Shown here one piece after another: positions 19,389 to 30,012 of a stretch of 64,000 nt of DNA. The position numbers were made by a program, and so were the translations under genes. The DNA lies in assembly GCA_963662315.1 (NCBI GenBank), contig OY759353.1, positions 352,001-416,000 of the forward strand, given 5' to 3'. The notes beneath the pieces are model-generated. The model was not told the DNA's origin. It was given only the letters and a program-made list of their open reading frames with translations, and did not search any database. The number at the start of each line of letters is the position of its first letter. The stretch's first letter is position 1. This DNA comes from Geopsychrobacteraceae bacterium (lineage in GTDB: Bacteria > Desulfobacterota > Desulfuromonadia > Desulfuromonadales > Geopsychrobacteraceae).

Positions 19389-21225
19389 TCCAAAATTAAC
19401 CGAACTGCCGTCCGTTCAAAGACGCTTTCTGCTTTATTCCGTAGCTGTGACCCTGGTTTTTCTGCTGCTCGCTGCGCGTTTATGGTATCTGCAGGTTATC
19501 TCCTATGACGATCTGTTGGAGCGTTCCGTCCGTAATCGGACCAGGGTGCTGATCCTGAACGCGCCGCGTGGTCCAGTTTATGATCGCAATGAAGTTCTCC
19601 TGGTTGAAAACCGTCCTTCTTTTGAAATATCGGTCATGCGTCAAGATGTTGAGGATCGTGACCAGTTGCTGGAACGGCTGTCGACCCTGCTTGGACTTGA
19701 CGTTTCTGAACTGGAAAAACGGTGGAATAATGGGCGTCATTTCCCTATTTACCAACCGGTCACCCTGGCTACGGATGTCAGTTGGGACGTTATGGAACGC
19801 ATTCAGGAGCACGGTGTTGATCTGCCTGGCGTTCTCACTGAAGTCCAGCCGGTCAGGGACTACCTGGATCATGGTTCGGCAGCCCATCTGATCGGTTATT
19901 TAGGTGAAATAACCGAAGAAGAACTCGCAGAGCAAAAAGACTATGCTTATCGTGGTGGTGACCTGATCGGTAAAACCGGTCTGGAGAAGAGTTTTGAAGC
20001 CTATTTGCGTGGAACCAAGGGGCGGCGTCTGGTTGAGGTTGATGTGCAGGGAAAGCTGTTGCGCCAGCTTCAGGTTGACCCTCCACTGCCTGGTAACAAG
20101 GTCTATCTGACGATTGACCAGAATCTTCAACAGGCTGCCGATGAGGCTTTTGGCGATGCTTCCGGTGCGGTTGTGGCGATTGATATTCATAATGGAGATA
20201 TTTTGGCCATGGTCAGCCGACCGACCTTCAATCCAAGTATCTTTGCCCGGGGCATAGCAGGGGATGAGTGGAAGGCGCTGGCCTCTGATTCGCGCCACCC
20301 GCTGCAGAACAAAGTGATTGGCGGTCTTTATCCGCCTGGGTCAACTTTTAAAATGATCGTTGCTCTAGCGGCTTTGCGTGAAGGTATCGTCAGTTCCCAT
20401 CGTACGGTTGACTGCCGGGGCGATTTTGTCATCGGCGGGGCCCGCTTCCGTTGCTGGAGCAAAAATGGTCATGGACCAACCGATCTGAACAAGGCGCTGC
20501 GGGAGAGTTGCGATGTCTGGTTCTATCAGATCGGTCTTGAGCTCGGTATCGATAAGCTCTCGGCGGCAGCCAAGGAATTTGGTTTGGGGGCGCCGGTCGG
20601 TTATCCGTTGCCGGGTGAACGGTCCGGGGTTGTCCCATCCCAGCAGTGGAAACGCGAGAACTACAATAAGCCCTGGTACGCTGGCGAAACGGTTATTACC
20701 TCTATCGGCCAGGGGTTTGTTCTGTCAACGCCCCTTCAGCTCGCAGTGATGACTGCGGCAATCGCCAATAAAGGGAAAGTTTTTGTCCCTCAGGTTATTC
20801 GCAAGGTTGAAGACTGGAACGGCAAGGTGCTGTTTGAGTCATCGCCCCAGGTGGCCCGCCAGCTGGATTACCCTAAATCGGCCTGGGATGCTGTTCAGAA
20901 GGGCATGGTGGATGTTGTCAACGCTCCCCGCGGTACCGGAAAGGCGGCGCATCTGGATAATGTTTTGGTGGCTGGTAAAACCGGTACGTCACAGGTCGTG
21001 CGACGCAAATCTGATGAAGAGGAAGAAGAAGAGATTAACGAAGACATTCCTTATAAGTTTCGGCCTCATGCCCTGTTTGTTGCCTTTGCTCCAGCTGATA
21101 ATCCCGATATTGCGGTTGCGGTTGTGGTGGAACACGGGCAATCGGGCGGGCGGGCGGCAGGACCGATTGCTCGTGGCATAATTGATCGCTATATGCAGCT
21201 GAAAACGGAAGAACAGAAACCTTAG
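19378..21225 (+). CDS. mrdA: Penicillin-binding protein 2
   Basis: APRG, PGSTFK (SxxK), SCD (SxD), AGKTGT. Confidence 0.95.
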   Translation: MGIDPKLTELPSVQRRFLLYSVAVTLVFLLLAARLWYLQVISYDDLLERSVRNRTRVLILNAPRGPVYDRNEVLLVENRPSFEISVMRQDVEDRDQLLERLSTLLGLDVSELEKRWNNGRHFPIYQPVTLATDVSWDVMERIQEHGVDLPGVLTEVQPVRDYLDHGSAAHLIGYLGEITEEELAEQKDYAYRGGDLIGKTGLEKSFEAYLRGTKGRRLVEVDVQGKLLRQLQVDPPLPGNKVYLTIDQNLQQAADEAFGDASGAVVAIDIHNGDILAMVSRPTFNPSIFARGIAGDEWKALASDSRHPLQNKVIGGLYPPGSTFKMIVALAALREGIVSSHRTVDCRGDFVIGGARFRCWSKNGHGPTDLNKALRESCDVWFYQIGLELGIDKLSAAAKEFGLGAPVGYPLPGERSGVVPSQQWKRENYNKPWYAGETVITSIGQGFVLSTPLQLAVMTAAIANKGKVFVPQVIRKVEDWNGKVLFESSPQVARQLDYPKSAWDAVQKGMVDVVNAPRGTGKAAHLDNVLVAGKTGTSQVVRRKSDEEEEEEINEDIPYKFRPHALFVAFAPADNPDIAVAVVVEHGQSGGRAAGPIARGIIDRYMQLKTEEQKP

Positions 21226-21237
21226 GAGGGTTCTGCA

Positions 21238-22335
21238 GTGTTTGATCGACGATTGGTGACAAGTTTTGACTGGATTCTCCTGCTGACCGTAATCATTTTG
21301 GCAGCTATCGGAATTGTGAATCTTTACAGTGCGACCGCCAGCTGGAACGAAACCAGCTCTCCTATTTATATCAAACAGATCATTTGGCTCTGTGGCGGAG
21401 TTTCCATTGCTTTAATGTTGTGTATGTTTGACTATCGCCATCTGCATTTTTTCGCGATCCATTTTTATGTTCTTAGCGTTGTGCTGCTGGCGGTGGTTGA
21501 AGTGATGGGCAAAACCAACATGGGGGCCACCCGCTGGATCAGCCTGGGATTTTTTAATCTGCAGCCCAGTGAAGTTATTAAAATCGCAATTATTCTGCTG
21601 TTGGCCCGCATACTAGGTAAAACGGCTAACTCGGCAGGATTTGGTCTCTTCGAGCTGTGGAAGCCGGCATTGTGGGTATTGATTCCCGTTGTCCTTATCC
21701 TGAAACAGCCTGATCTTGGGACGGCCTCGATGGTGGTGTTTATCGCTGGGTCAATGCTGTTGTTTGCAGGGCTTAAACGAGGCACTATTATCGCTGTCGT
21801 AATTATTGGTATTTTAGTTGCCGTCGGAGGCTGGTTTGGCCTGCATGACTATCAGCGGGCGCGGATTATGACCTTTTTAAACCCTGAAGCTGATCCTTTG
21901 GGGCGTGGCTATCACATTATCCAGTCAAAGATCGCCGTTGGCAGCGGCGGCTTTTTTGGTAAAGGGTTTGCCCAGGGAACCCAGTCGCAGCTCTCCTTTC
22001 TGCCCGAAAGGCACACCGATTTTGCTTTTTCCGTGTTTGCCGAAGAGTGGGGTTTTGCCGGGTGTGTTGTTTTGTTGTGTCTCTATCTGTTTCTGGTGAT
22101 CTGGGGGATTTATATCGCCCGCCGGGCTAGTGACCGTTTCGGCTTGTTTTTAGCGATTGGTGTAACGGCCATGATCTTCTGGCATATTGTTGTCAATCTG
22201 GGCATGGTTATCGGATTGTTGCCCGTTGTTGGCGTGCCGCTTCCGCTCTTTTCCTATGGCGGGACCAGCATGGTCACAACCATGATCGGTGTCGGGTTGT
22301 TGATGAATGTGAGTATGCGTAGGTTCCTGTTCTGA
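21238..22335 (+). CDS. rodA: SEDS peptidoglycan polymerase RodA
   Basis: GATRWI, LQPSE, QPDLGT, PERHTDF, PLFSYGGTS. Confidence 0.96.
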   Translation: MFDRRLVTSFDWILLLTVIILAAIGIVNLYSATASWNETSSPIYIKQIIWLCGGVSIALMLCMFDYRHLHFFAIHFYVLSVVLLAVVEVMGKTNMGATRWISLGFFNLQPSEVIKIAIILLLARILGKTANSAGFGLFELWKPALWVLIPVVLILKQPDLGTASMVVFIAGSMLLFAGLKRGTIIAVVIIGILVAVGGWFGLHDYQRARIMTFLNPEADPLGRGYHIIQSKIAVGSGGFFGKGFAQGTQSQLSFLPERHTDFAFSVFAEEWGFAGCVVLLCLYLFLVIWGIYIARRASDRFGLFLAIGVTAMIFWHIVVNLGMVIGLLPVVGVPLPLFSYGGTSMVTTMIGVGLLMNVSMRRFLF

Positions 22336-22649
22336 TTTTTGAGCAGAAATCGCTCTGTTTCGCTACTCGTGCGGTATCTTTACGCAGGCGCTTGCGCGGC
22401 GTGAAGAACGTCGCCTCCGCACTTTTGCCTGGCATCTTTGGCCTGACGGGAATTCGCTGGTCTATGTATTGGCGCATGTGCTGGAACGATTTGTTTGCTT
22501 AGTAAATTGTATTGTTTATGGGGTTTTCTGGTTTCTGATTCCCGATAGACTTTAAAATGCTCTTATGATAAGTGTCTGAGCATCGTCATCCCATAGTTAT
22601 CTTTCTGTAGCCGGTCGCTTTGCTGCACTGATTGTAAACAGGCAGACTA

Positions 22650-23507
22650 ATGTTGAAAAAAGTAGGTATTTACGCCAAAAAAAATCATCCCGATGTCGAA
22701 AAAATCGTTTATGAGATTCGTGAACGGTTGAATCGCGACAACATTACGGTGTTGCTCGAAGACAGTGTTGCGGAATTGATTGGGCAGGTGAATGGTTATG
22801 CCGGCGATGAAATACCGGATCTGGTTGATCTGGCTATTGTTCTGGGCGGTGATGGTACCCTCATTTCTGTAGCTCGACAGATTGCCGGGCGCCAGATTCC
22901 TATTGTTGGTGTCAACCTCGGCCGGCTTGGTTTTTTAACCGAGATTACCAAGGATGAACTGCCGGACATGCTTGATCGTATCGTTGCCGGTGATTATCAG
23001 ATTTCTGACCGGATGATGCTTGATTCTCTGATCTATCGTAAAAACCAGTTGATCGGCACTTATACGGTCCTGAATGATATCGTTATTAATAAAGGGGCCC
23101 TGGCGCGAATCATCGATATGGATGCGTCTATTGACGGGCGGCATCTCTGTACCTATAAGGCCGATGGTATGATCATCGCAACCCCGACAGGATCAACCGG
23201 GTACAGTCTTGCGGCCGGTGGGCCAATCATTTATCCTGAGGTCAACAGTTTGCTGATTGCGCCTATCTGCCCGCATATGCTGACCAATCGGCCTATAGTC
23301 GTTAAAAGTCATTCGGTTATTGATATTGAAGTGAAGTTTGAGGACGATGTTGTATTTTTTACTGCCGACGGCCAGGTCGGGCGTAAACTGTTGCCCGGTG
23401 ACCGGGTTGAAGTGCGCCGTTCTGCGGCAAGAGCTCTCCTGGTCAGTAGTCCGACTAAAGACTATTATGAAATTTTGCGCACTAAGCTTGGTTGGGGTGA
23501 GCGCTAA
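22650..23507 (+). CDS. nadK: NAD kinase
   Basis: LGGDGT, GRLGFL, LND, ATPTGSTGYSLAAGGP. Confidence 0.96.
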   Translation: MLKKVGIYAKKNHPDVEKIVYEIRERLNRDNITVLLEDSVAELIGQVNGYAGDEIPDLVDLAIVLGGDGTLISVARQIAGRQIPIVGVNLGRLGFLTEITKDELPDMLDRIVAGDYQISDRMMLDSLIYRKNQLIGTYTVLNDIVINKGALARIIDMDASIDGRHLCTYKADGMIIATPTGSTGYSLAAGGPIIYPEVNSLLIAPICPHMLTNRPIVVKSHSVIDIEVKFEDDVVFFTADGQVGRKLLPGDRVEVRRSAARALLVSSPTKDYYEILRTKLGWGER

Positions 23508-23541
23508 TTGAGTTTCTCGCTGATTTGATGATGTTATCACT

Positions 23542-25227
23542 ATGCTGACAGATCTGATAATTAAGAATTTCGCCATTATTGAGAATTTACATGTCTGCTT
23601 TGCCGGGGGATTTAATGTTTTGACCGGTGAGACCGGGGCCGGTAAATCGATCATACTCGATGCTGTTAGTTTGCTACTGGGGGGGCGTGCCCGGGGTGAA
23701 GTCATTCGTAACGGGACCGAGGAAGCCTCCGTTGAGGCTATTTTTAACCTGTCTGACTCGCCGTCCGTGCAATTACGTCTTGCCGCCGCTGGTCTGGCTG
23801 ACGGCGATGATTTACTGGTCCGGCGTCTGGTTTCACGCTCGGGTAAAAATCGCGTCTTTATCAATGGTTCGGTGGTTACTTTAAGTCAATTACGTGAACT
23901 TACTGTTGGCCTGGTCAATATCTATGGACAGCATGAACACCAGAATCTGCAGCAGGTTGAATCTCATCTGGAGATGCTGGATACCTTTGGTGGGCTGGAG
24001 GACGAGGTGCGGAAGTACCAACAGGTTTATGCGACTTACCAGCAGGTAAGCCATGACCTGAAGCAACTCGACCTTGCCGAACGGGAGCGGTGCCAGCGCC
24101 TTGATATGCTGGCTTTTCAGAAAAAGGAGCTGGATGAGGCACGGCTGCGCAGCGGTGAAGACGAAGAGCTTGAGCAGGAACGCTCCTTATTGCTGAATGC
24201 CGAGAAGTTGACCGCTGCAACGCGTGGCGGGTATGACATCCTCTATGACGGCTCGCATGCTGTTTGCGATAAGTTGGCGACAGTTATTCAAGACCTTGAG
24301 GATCTGCAGACGGTTGATGCGACGTTCACCCCTCTGGTTGAAACCTTGCAGTCAAGTTTGTACGCCCTTGAAGATGTGGCCTCCGTTTTACGTGATTATT
24401 CTGATAGACTCGATTTCGAACCATCACGCCAGGAACTGGTTGAGCAGAGGCTGTCTCAATTGATCGCGCTGAAGAGGAAATATGCCCCGACTTTGGATGA
24501 ATTGATTGCGTATCGCGATCAGGTTGGTGCCGAGTTTGACCTGCTGAACGCTTCCGCAGAGCGTCGTGATGAGCTTGATCAGCAGTTGGTTGCTGCGCGT
24601 AAGGAGTTGCTCGTTGTCGGGCAAAAACTGAGTAAGGCCCGTGCTGCGGCTGCTGTTAGGCTGAGTCAGTTGGTTGAGCAGGAACTTGGCGAGTTGGCAA
24701 TGGGGGCAGCGCGTTTTTCGGTTGAATTTTCTTCTTTACCAGAGCCTGCTGAATGTGGTCTGGAAAGAGGTGAATTTTATCTGGCGGCAAATCCGGGAGA
24801 GCCAGCTCAGCCGTTGGCTAAAGTGGCATCTGGTGGTGAGCTGTCTCGCATTATGCTGGCATTACGTCGCAGTGCGCCTGAAGGGGATAGTGTCAGAACC
24901 CTGGTATTTGATGAGGTGGATGCAGGTATCGGCGGGGAGGCGGCGACCGCTGTTGGTCAGAAAATTGCGCAGTTAGGCCATGAGTTACAGGTGTTATGTG
25001 TAACTCATTTGCCTCAGGTTGCCGCATTTGCTAATCAGCATTACCGCGTGGCAAAAAAAGCGTCTGATGGGCGGACCGCAACCCAGCTTAATTTACTGGA
25101 CAGTGAACAGCGTGTTCGTGAGATGGCGCGGATGTTGGGAGGGGCTCAGGTCGGTGAACAGACGCTGATTCACGCGCGCGAGCTCATCGAAAATTCCGCT
25201 GCTCTGGTCGATCTCCAGGTGCTTTAG
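23542..25227 (+). CDS. recN: DNA repair protein RecN
   Basis: TGETGAGKS, ASGGELSR, FDEVDAGIGG, VTHLPQVA. Confidence 0.97.
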   Translation: MLTDLIIKNFAIIENLHVCFAGGFNVLTGETGAGKSIILDAVSLLLGGRARGEVIRNGTEEASVEAIFNLSDSPSVQLRLAAAGLADGDDLLVRRLVSRSGKNRVFINGSVVTLSQLRELTVGLVNIYGQHEHQNLQQVESHLEMLDTFGGLEDEVRKYQQVYATYQQVSHDLKQLDLAERERCQRLDMLAFQKKELDEARLRSGEDEELEQERSLLLNAEKLTAATRGGYDILYDGSHAVCDKLATVIQDLEDLQTVDATFTPLVETLQSSLYALEDVASVLRDYSDRLDFEPSRQELVEQRLSQLIALKRKYAPTLDELIAYRDQVGAEFDLLNASAERRDELDQQLVAARKELLVVGQKLSKARAAAAVRLSQLVEQELGELAMGAARFSVEFSSLPEPAECGLERGEFYLAANPGEPAQPLAKVASGGELSRIMLALRRSAPEGDSVRTLVFDEVDAGIGGEAATAVGQKIAQLGHELQVLCVTHLPQVAAFANQHYRVAKKASDGRTATQLNLLDSEQRVREMARMLGGAQVGEQTLIHARELIENSAALVDLQVL

Positions 25228-25272
25228 TGATGTGCACAGATTATCGTTTTTGAAACAGAAAGAATTGTAACA

Positions 25273-25725
25273 ATGATACGTCATGCCAGAATCCCGGACG
25301 CCAGAAATATCCATCAGCTTTTGCTCGCTTTTTCCCGTGAAGGGCAGTTGCTGGGGCGCTCATTGGCGGATATTTACGATGCCATCCGTGATTTTTACGT
25401 ATTTGAGGAGAATGGTGAGATACTCGGTATTGGCGCCTTGGCTATATGCTGGGAAGATCTTGCTGAAATCCGCTCTCTGGCTGTTGCCGATGGGCAGCAG
25501 GGGCGCGGTATCGGCAGGCAGATTGTCTCTACCTGTCTTGATGAAGCGCGGGAGCTTGGGCTTAAAAGGGTTTTTGCTTTAACGTATCAGCCCGGTTTTT
25601 TTAAGCGTCTTGGTTTTGTCGATATTGAAAAGTCGGAGCTGCCACAAAAAGTTTGGGGAGATTGTATTAAATGCGTTAAATTCCCAGATTGTGATGAACA
25701 TGCGTTAGCCATTTCTTTGGCCTGA
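25273..25725 (+). CDS. GNAT N-acetyltransferase, short ArgA-like N-acetylglutamate synthase
   Basis: LAEIRSLAV, QGRGIG, FALTY, LPQKVWGDCIKC. Confidence 0.85.
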   Translation: MIRHARIPDARNIHQLLLAFSREGQLLGRSLADIYDAIRDFYVFEENGEILGIGALAICWEDLAEIRSLAVADGQQGRGIGRQIVSTCLDEARELGLKRVFALTYQPGFFKRLGFVDIEKSELPQKVWGDCIKCVKFPDCDEHALAISLA

Positions 25726-25765
25726 GACCATTCGGCAGGTTTTCTGTTCCCGAAGGATCGTGTTT

Positions 25766-26131
25766 ATGATGTCTGATGCTTTTAAAAAGTGTTCAAATTG
25801 TGGTGTCGAGTGGCAGACCCGGGAAGATTTTATTCATGATGAAGAGGTCATATTGCTTGGTTACCAACCTAACTTTGTGATGCTCTCTAAAGGGCTATTT
25901 CTCTTCAATCATAAATGTGGCAGCACTATATCTGTCAGGGTTCATTTTTTTGCTGATTTATATCAGGGGCCAATGTTTGATAATTCTTTGACTGGCAGCT
26001 CTGAATGTTTAGGGTATTGCCTGCATCAGAATGAACTGCGCCCGTGTCTCGCTGAATGTGAATGTTCGTATGTCAGGTTTGTTCTTGGATTGCTGAAAAG
26101 TAAAACGACTGTGCCTTTGCGGGATTCCTGA
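25766..26131 (+). CDS. Cys-rich hypothetical protein
   Basis: AAGGA RBS, fits between co-oriented genes; CSNC, HKC, CLGYC, CLAECEC. Confidence 0.75.
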   Translation: MMSDAFKKCSNCGVEWQTREDFIHDEEVILLGYQPNFVMLSKGLFLFNHKCGSTISVRVHFFADLYQGPMFDNSLTGSSECLGYCLHQNELRPCLAECECSYVRFVLGLLKSKTTVPLRDS

Positions 26132-26138
26132 AAACAGA

Positions 26139-27017
26139 GTGGTTGAGCGGTTGGCTAGAAAATTTTCCATAGTTCTTTTTACGGATGAAAGTGCCCGGCC
26201 GGTCAGGTTTAGCGTGAGCGTTGGGTGGCTGTGGTTTTGCGCTGTAGTTCTTGCGGCTGGATGCATTGCATTGATTTGTCTGGGCTACGGCTTCTTTGTT
26301 CGTGAAACTGCTCTGCGGGATGTCGTTTCGTTGCGGGCGGAAAATAACACGCAACGTCAGCAGTTGGAGAGGTATGCTTTAGAATTTAACAGGTTAAGTG
26401 AAGAAGTGCGTGACCTTGCTATGGCTGAGGCCAGGCTCAAGCAGCTTGCTGGAGTCGAAACGGAGCGTATTGAGCTGCCGGTTGCCATCGGTGGGTTGCC
26501 TGAGGCCGATCTTTCTCTGACATCTGACAGCATTGAGCGACAGATCAGTGACCTGCAGATTGTTCTTGAACTACGGCGTCAAAATCAGGAAGAGGTTCGT
26601 AACCTGCTTAATGATAAAGTGTCTTTGAGCCGCGCAACTCCTCATGGTTGGCCTACCCGCGGCTGGCTGACATCCTATTTTGGTAAACGTGTGTCGCCTT
26701 TCAGTGGGCGCAAAGTGATGCACGAAGGGCTGGATATCGCTGCCAATACCGGAACTCCGGTTTATGCTACTGCTGACGGTATTGTCGCACGCGTATCGTA
26801 TTCTCCCAGTTACGGTAAAACCGTCGTTATCGATCATGGTTACGGCTACCGGACTATTTTTGGCCATACCTCAAAAATTCTGGTTGAGAGCGGTCAGCGT
26901 ATCCGGCGTGGTGATCGTATCGCTCTGGTTGGTAATACCGGGCGCTCCACTGGACCACATCTGCATTATGAATTACGCCTTGATGGCGTTCCTATCGATC
27001 CCCGGAAAACGTTGTAA
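26139..27017 (+). CDS. M23 family metallopeptidase
   Basis: TM + coiled coil + HEGLD (HxxxD) and STGPHLHYE (HxH). Confidence 0.93.
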   Translation: MVERLARKFSIVLFTDESARPVRFSVSVGWLWFCAVVLAAGCIALICLGYGFFVRETALRDVVSLRAENNTQRQQLERYALEFNRLSEEVRDLAMAEARLKQLAGVETERIELPVAIGGLPEADLSLTSDSIERQISDLQIVLELRRQNQEEVRNLLNDKVSLSRATPHGWPTRGWLTSYFGKRVSPFSGRKVMHEGLDIAANTGTPVYATADGIVARVSYSPSYGKTVVIDHGYGYRTIFGHTSKILVESGQRIRRGDRIALVGNTGRSTGPHLHYELRLDGVPIDPRKTL

Positions 27018-27308
27018 CGTCTCGCCATTTCTTCCTTTCCTGCGTTCTTGATGTTTTTTAAAACGATTTTTAATAGGGGCAAGTTTAGCTGCTGCAACTA
27101 TCTAAAATTTAAGAGTTTTGTCTGATTATTAATGCTTGTGGGGAGTTCTCCGCATGTGCTACTATGTCGCGTCAACTGTTCGGCCGGTATGTTGTGGTTA
27201 AGCGACTCGTTTCCAACCGTCAGCCACAGTATGTCCGAGGTTTATTTCTTCTAACTGCATTTGTCCCAAAGAATATCATTTCTCTGAGGTCTGGAGTTTT
27301 ATTTAACG

Positions 27309-29999
27309 ATGATGCTTAATCTGCTTCAAAAAATTATTGGCACCAAGAATGACCGGGATCTGAAAAAAGTTCAGCCTGTTGTCGAAAAAATCAATAGCTA
27401 TGAGAATGCTTTAGAAGCTCTGGATGATGCACAGTTGCAGGCTAAAACCAATGAGTTCAGGCAGCGCCTGAGTCAGGGTGAAGGTCTTGATGATTTGCTG
27501 CCTGAGGCTTTTGCTGTGGTCAGGGAGGCGAGTAAACGCGTTTTGGGTATGCGCCATTTTGATGTCCAGCTGATCGGTGGCATTGTTCTGCATAGCGGAA
27601 AAATCGCTGAAATGAAAACCGGTGAAGGGAAAACCCTCATGGCGACTTTGCCGATTTATCTGAACGCTTTGGTCGGGAAAGGGGTTCATGTCGTTACGGT
27701 CAACGATTACCTGGCCAGCCGCGATGCACAGTGGATGGGGAATGTCTATCGTTTTCTTGGTCTGAGCGTTGACTGCATTGTCCATGGTCTCACTGATCAA
27801 CAGCGTAAGGTTGCATATGGCTGTGATATTACCTACGGCACCAATAACGAGTTTGGCTTCGATTATCTGCGCGATAATATGAAGTTTGATCTAAATGATT
27901 ATGTTCAGCGTGATCTGCATTATGCCATCGTCGATGAGGTCGACTCCATTCTTATTGACGAAGCGCGGACGCCGTTGATCATTTCCGGTCCCAGCGAAGC
28001 TTCAAGTGAGCTCTATACCATGGTCGACCGGATTATTCCGCGTCTGGTAAAAGGCGAAATTATTGAAGAGCGTGATGGTAAAATCGGCCAGTCGACCAAA
28101 CACCATACAGGCGATTTTACCGTTGATGAAAAAGCAAAATCTGCGGCCCTTACGGAAGATGGGGTTGCCAAAGTTGAGAAATTGCTGAATGTCAATAACC
28201 TGTATGAACCTAAAAACATGGTGCTTCTGCATCATGTCAATCAGGCGTTAAAGGCTCATGCGCTGTTTAAAAAAGACGTTGACTATGTCGTCAGTGATGG
28301 TGAAGTCCAGATTGTTGATGAATTTACCGGACGCCTGATGCCGGGGCGGCGCTGGAGCGATGGTCTGCATCAGGCGGTAGAAGCCAAGGAAGGGGTTAAA
28401 ATTGCCAGTGAAAACCAGACTTTGGCAACCATCACCTTCCAGAATTACTTCCGTATGTATGACAAGCTTGCCGGTATGACTGGTACTGCTGAAACGGAAG
28501 CTGCTGAGTTCGGTGAAATCTACAAACTTGATGTCACGGTGATTCCGACCAACCGGCCAATGCAGCGCAAAGATCAGGCCGATGTTATCTATAAAACTGA
28601 AAAAGAAAAGTTTCTGGCGGTTATTGATGATATTGTTGAATGTCACAAGAGAGGCCAACCGGTACTGGTCGGTACCATCAATATCGATAAGTCGGAAGTT
28701 CTGGCGGCCTTGCTGAAAAAACGTGGTGTTCCGCATCATGTCCTCAATGCCAAACAGCATGAGCGTGAAGCATTCATCGTCGCCCAGGCAGGGCGTAAAG
28801 GGGCTGTGACTATAGCGACTAATATGGCCGGCCGTGGGACCGATATTGTTTTGGGTGGAAATCCTGAAATGATGGCTCGTGCCGAAGCGGCCACGGCTGA
28901 GGATCCGGAAAGTCGCTTTATTGAGCTGCTGCCCCAGTATGAACAACGCTGCAAACAGGAAAAACAGGATGTTCTTGAATTAGGAGGACTTTATATCCTT
29001 GGTACTGAGCGCCATGAGTCGCGCCGTATAGATAATCAGCTGCGTGGCCGTTCCGGCCGCCAGGGGGATCCGGGGTTAAGCCGTTTCTACTTAAGCCTTG
29101 AAGATGATCTGTTGCGTATTTTTGGTTCACACCGAGTGGCCTTCGTTATGGAAAAACTGAAAATTCCCGAGGGAGAGCCGATTGAGCACGGTATTATCAG
29201 TAAGGCTATCGAGAATGCACAGAAGAAGGTGGAAGCCCATAACTTTGATATCCGCAAGCATCTGATCGAGTATGATGATGTCATGAATCGCCAGCGGGAG
29301 GTTATCTATACCCAGCGGCGTGAGGTTCTTGCCGGGGAGGACCTGGTTGCAACCTATCATGGTATTATTGACGAAACGGTTGAGGATATGATTGCCTCCT
29401 TTTGTCCTGACAAGAACGATTCCAGCTTGTGGGACTGGATACGGATCAGCGAGGATTTTATTCATCAGTTCAATTTTACTCCTGATCTGTCCACCGTTAA
29501 CCGGAATAAATGCAGTCACGATGAGCTTAATACGTTGCTCAAAGAAAAAGCCAGGAAACGTCTGGCTGAAAAGGAAGAGGATTTCACTGTTCCGATCATG
29601 CAACAGCTGATGAGGGTTCTGCTGTTGCAGACCATAGACAGTCAGTGGAAAGACCATCTGTTATCCGTAGATCACCTGAAGGAAGGGATCGGACTGCGTG
29701 GGTATGGCCAGAAAAATCCCAAGGAAGAATACAAGCGAGAAGCCTATGCCCTGTTTATGGGGATGATGGACCGGGTCCGTTCGGAAGTCATTCAGAAACT
29801 GTTCCGTATCCAGCTTGCCCGTGAGGAAGATGTTAATCAGATGGAAGTGCAGCAGCGCAAACAACAGATTTCCTTAAATCGGGTCGGGGGAGACGATGCG
29901 GTAAAAGCACCGGTAACCCGAGATGATGATAAAATTGGTCGCAATGATCCGTGTCCTTGTGGCAGTGGGCAGAAATATAAAAAGTGCTGTGGTCGCTGA
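27309..29999 (+). CDS. secA: Preprotein translocase ATPase SecA
   Basis: [24 protein letters not shown]-terminal [22 protein letters not shown]. Confidence 0.99.
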   Translation: MMLNLLQKIIGTKNDRDLKKVQPVVEKINSYENALEALDDAQLQAKTNEFRQRLSQGEGLDDLLPEAFAVVREASKRVLGMRHFDVQLIGGIVLHSGKIAEMKTGEGKTLMATLPIYLNALVGKGVHVVTVNDYLASRDAQWMGNVYRFLGLSVDCIVHGLTDQQRKVAYGCDITYGTNNEFGFDYLRDNMKFDLNDYVQRDLHYAIVDEVDSILIDEARTPLIISGPSEASSELYTMVDRIIPRLVKGEIIEERDGKIGQSTKHHTGDFTVDEKAKSAALTEDGVAKVEKLLNVNNLYEPKNMVLLHHVNQALKAHALFKKDVDYVVSDGEVQIVDEFTGRLMPGRRWSDGLHQAVEAKEGVKIASENQTLATITFQNYFRMYDKLAGMTGTAETEAAEFGEIYKLDVTVIPTNRPMQRKDQADVIYKTEKEKFLAVIDDIVECHKRGQPVLVGTINIDKSEVLAALLKKRGVPHHVLNAKQHEREAFIVAQAGRKGAVTIATNMAGRGTDIVLGGNPEMMARAEAATAEDPESRFIELLPQYEQRCKQEKQDVLELGGLYILGTERHESRRIDNQLRGRSGRQGDPGLSRFYLSLEDDLLRIFGSHRVAFVMEKLKIPEGEPIEHGIISKAIENAQKKVEAHNFDIRKHLIEYDDVMNRQREVIYTQRREVLAGEDLVATYHGIIDETVEDMIASFCPDKNDSSLWDWIRISEDFIHQFNFTPDLSTVNRNKCSHDELNTLLKEKARKRLAEKEEDFTVPIMQQLMRVLLLQTIDSQWKDHLLSVDHLKEGIGLRGYGQKNPKEEYKREAYALFMGMMDRVRSEVIQKLFRIQLAREEDVNQMEVQQRKQQISLNRVGGDDAVKAPVTRDDDKIGRNDPCPCGSGQKYKKCCGR

Positions 30000-30012
30000 A
30001 AAGGCCAAGGTA

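Noticed and set aside
22274..22477. 67-aa minus-strand ORF and GC-rich short stems between rodA and nadK
   Set aside because: ORF overlaps the rodA end and has no clear RBS or motif; stems are short and match no RNA family I recognise.
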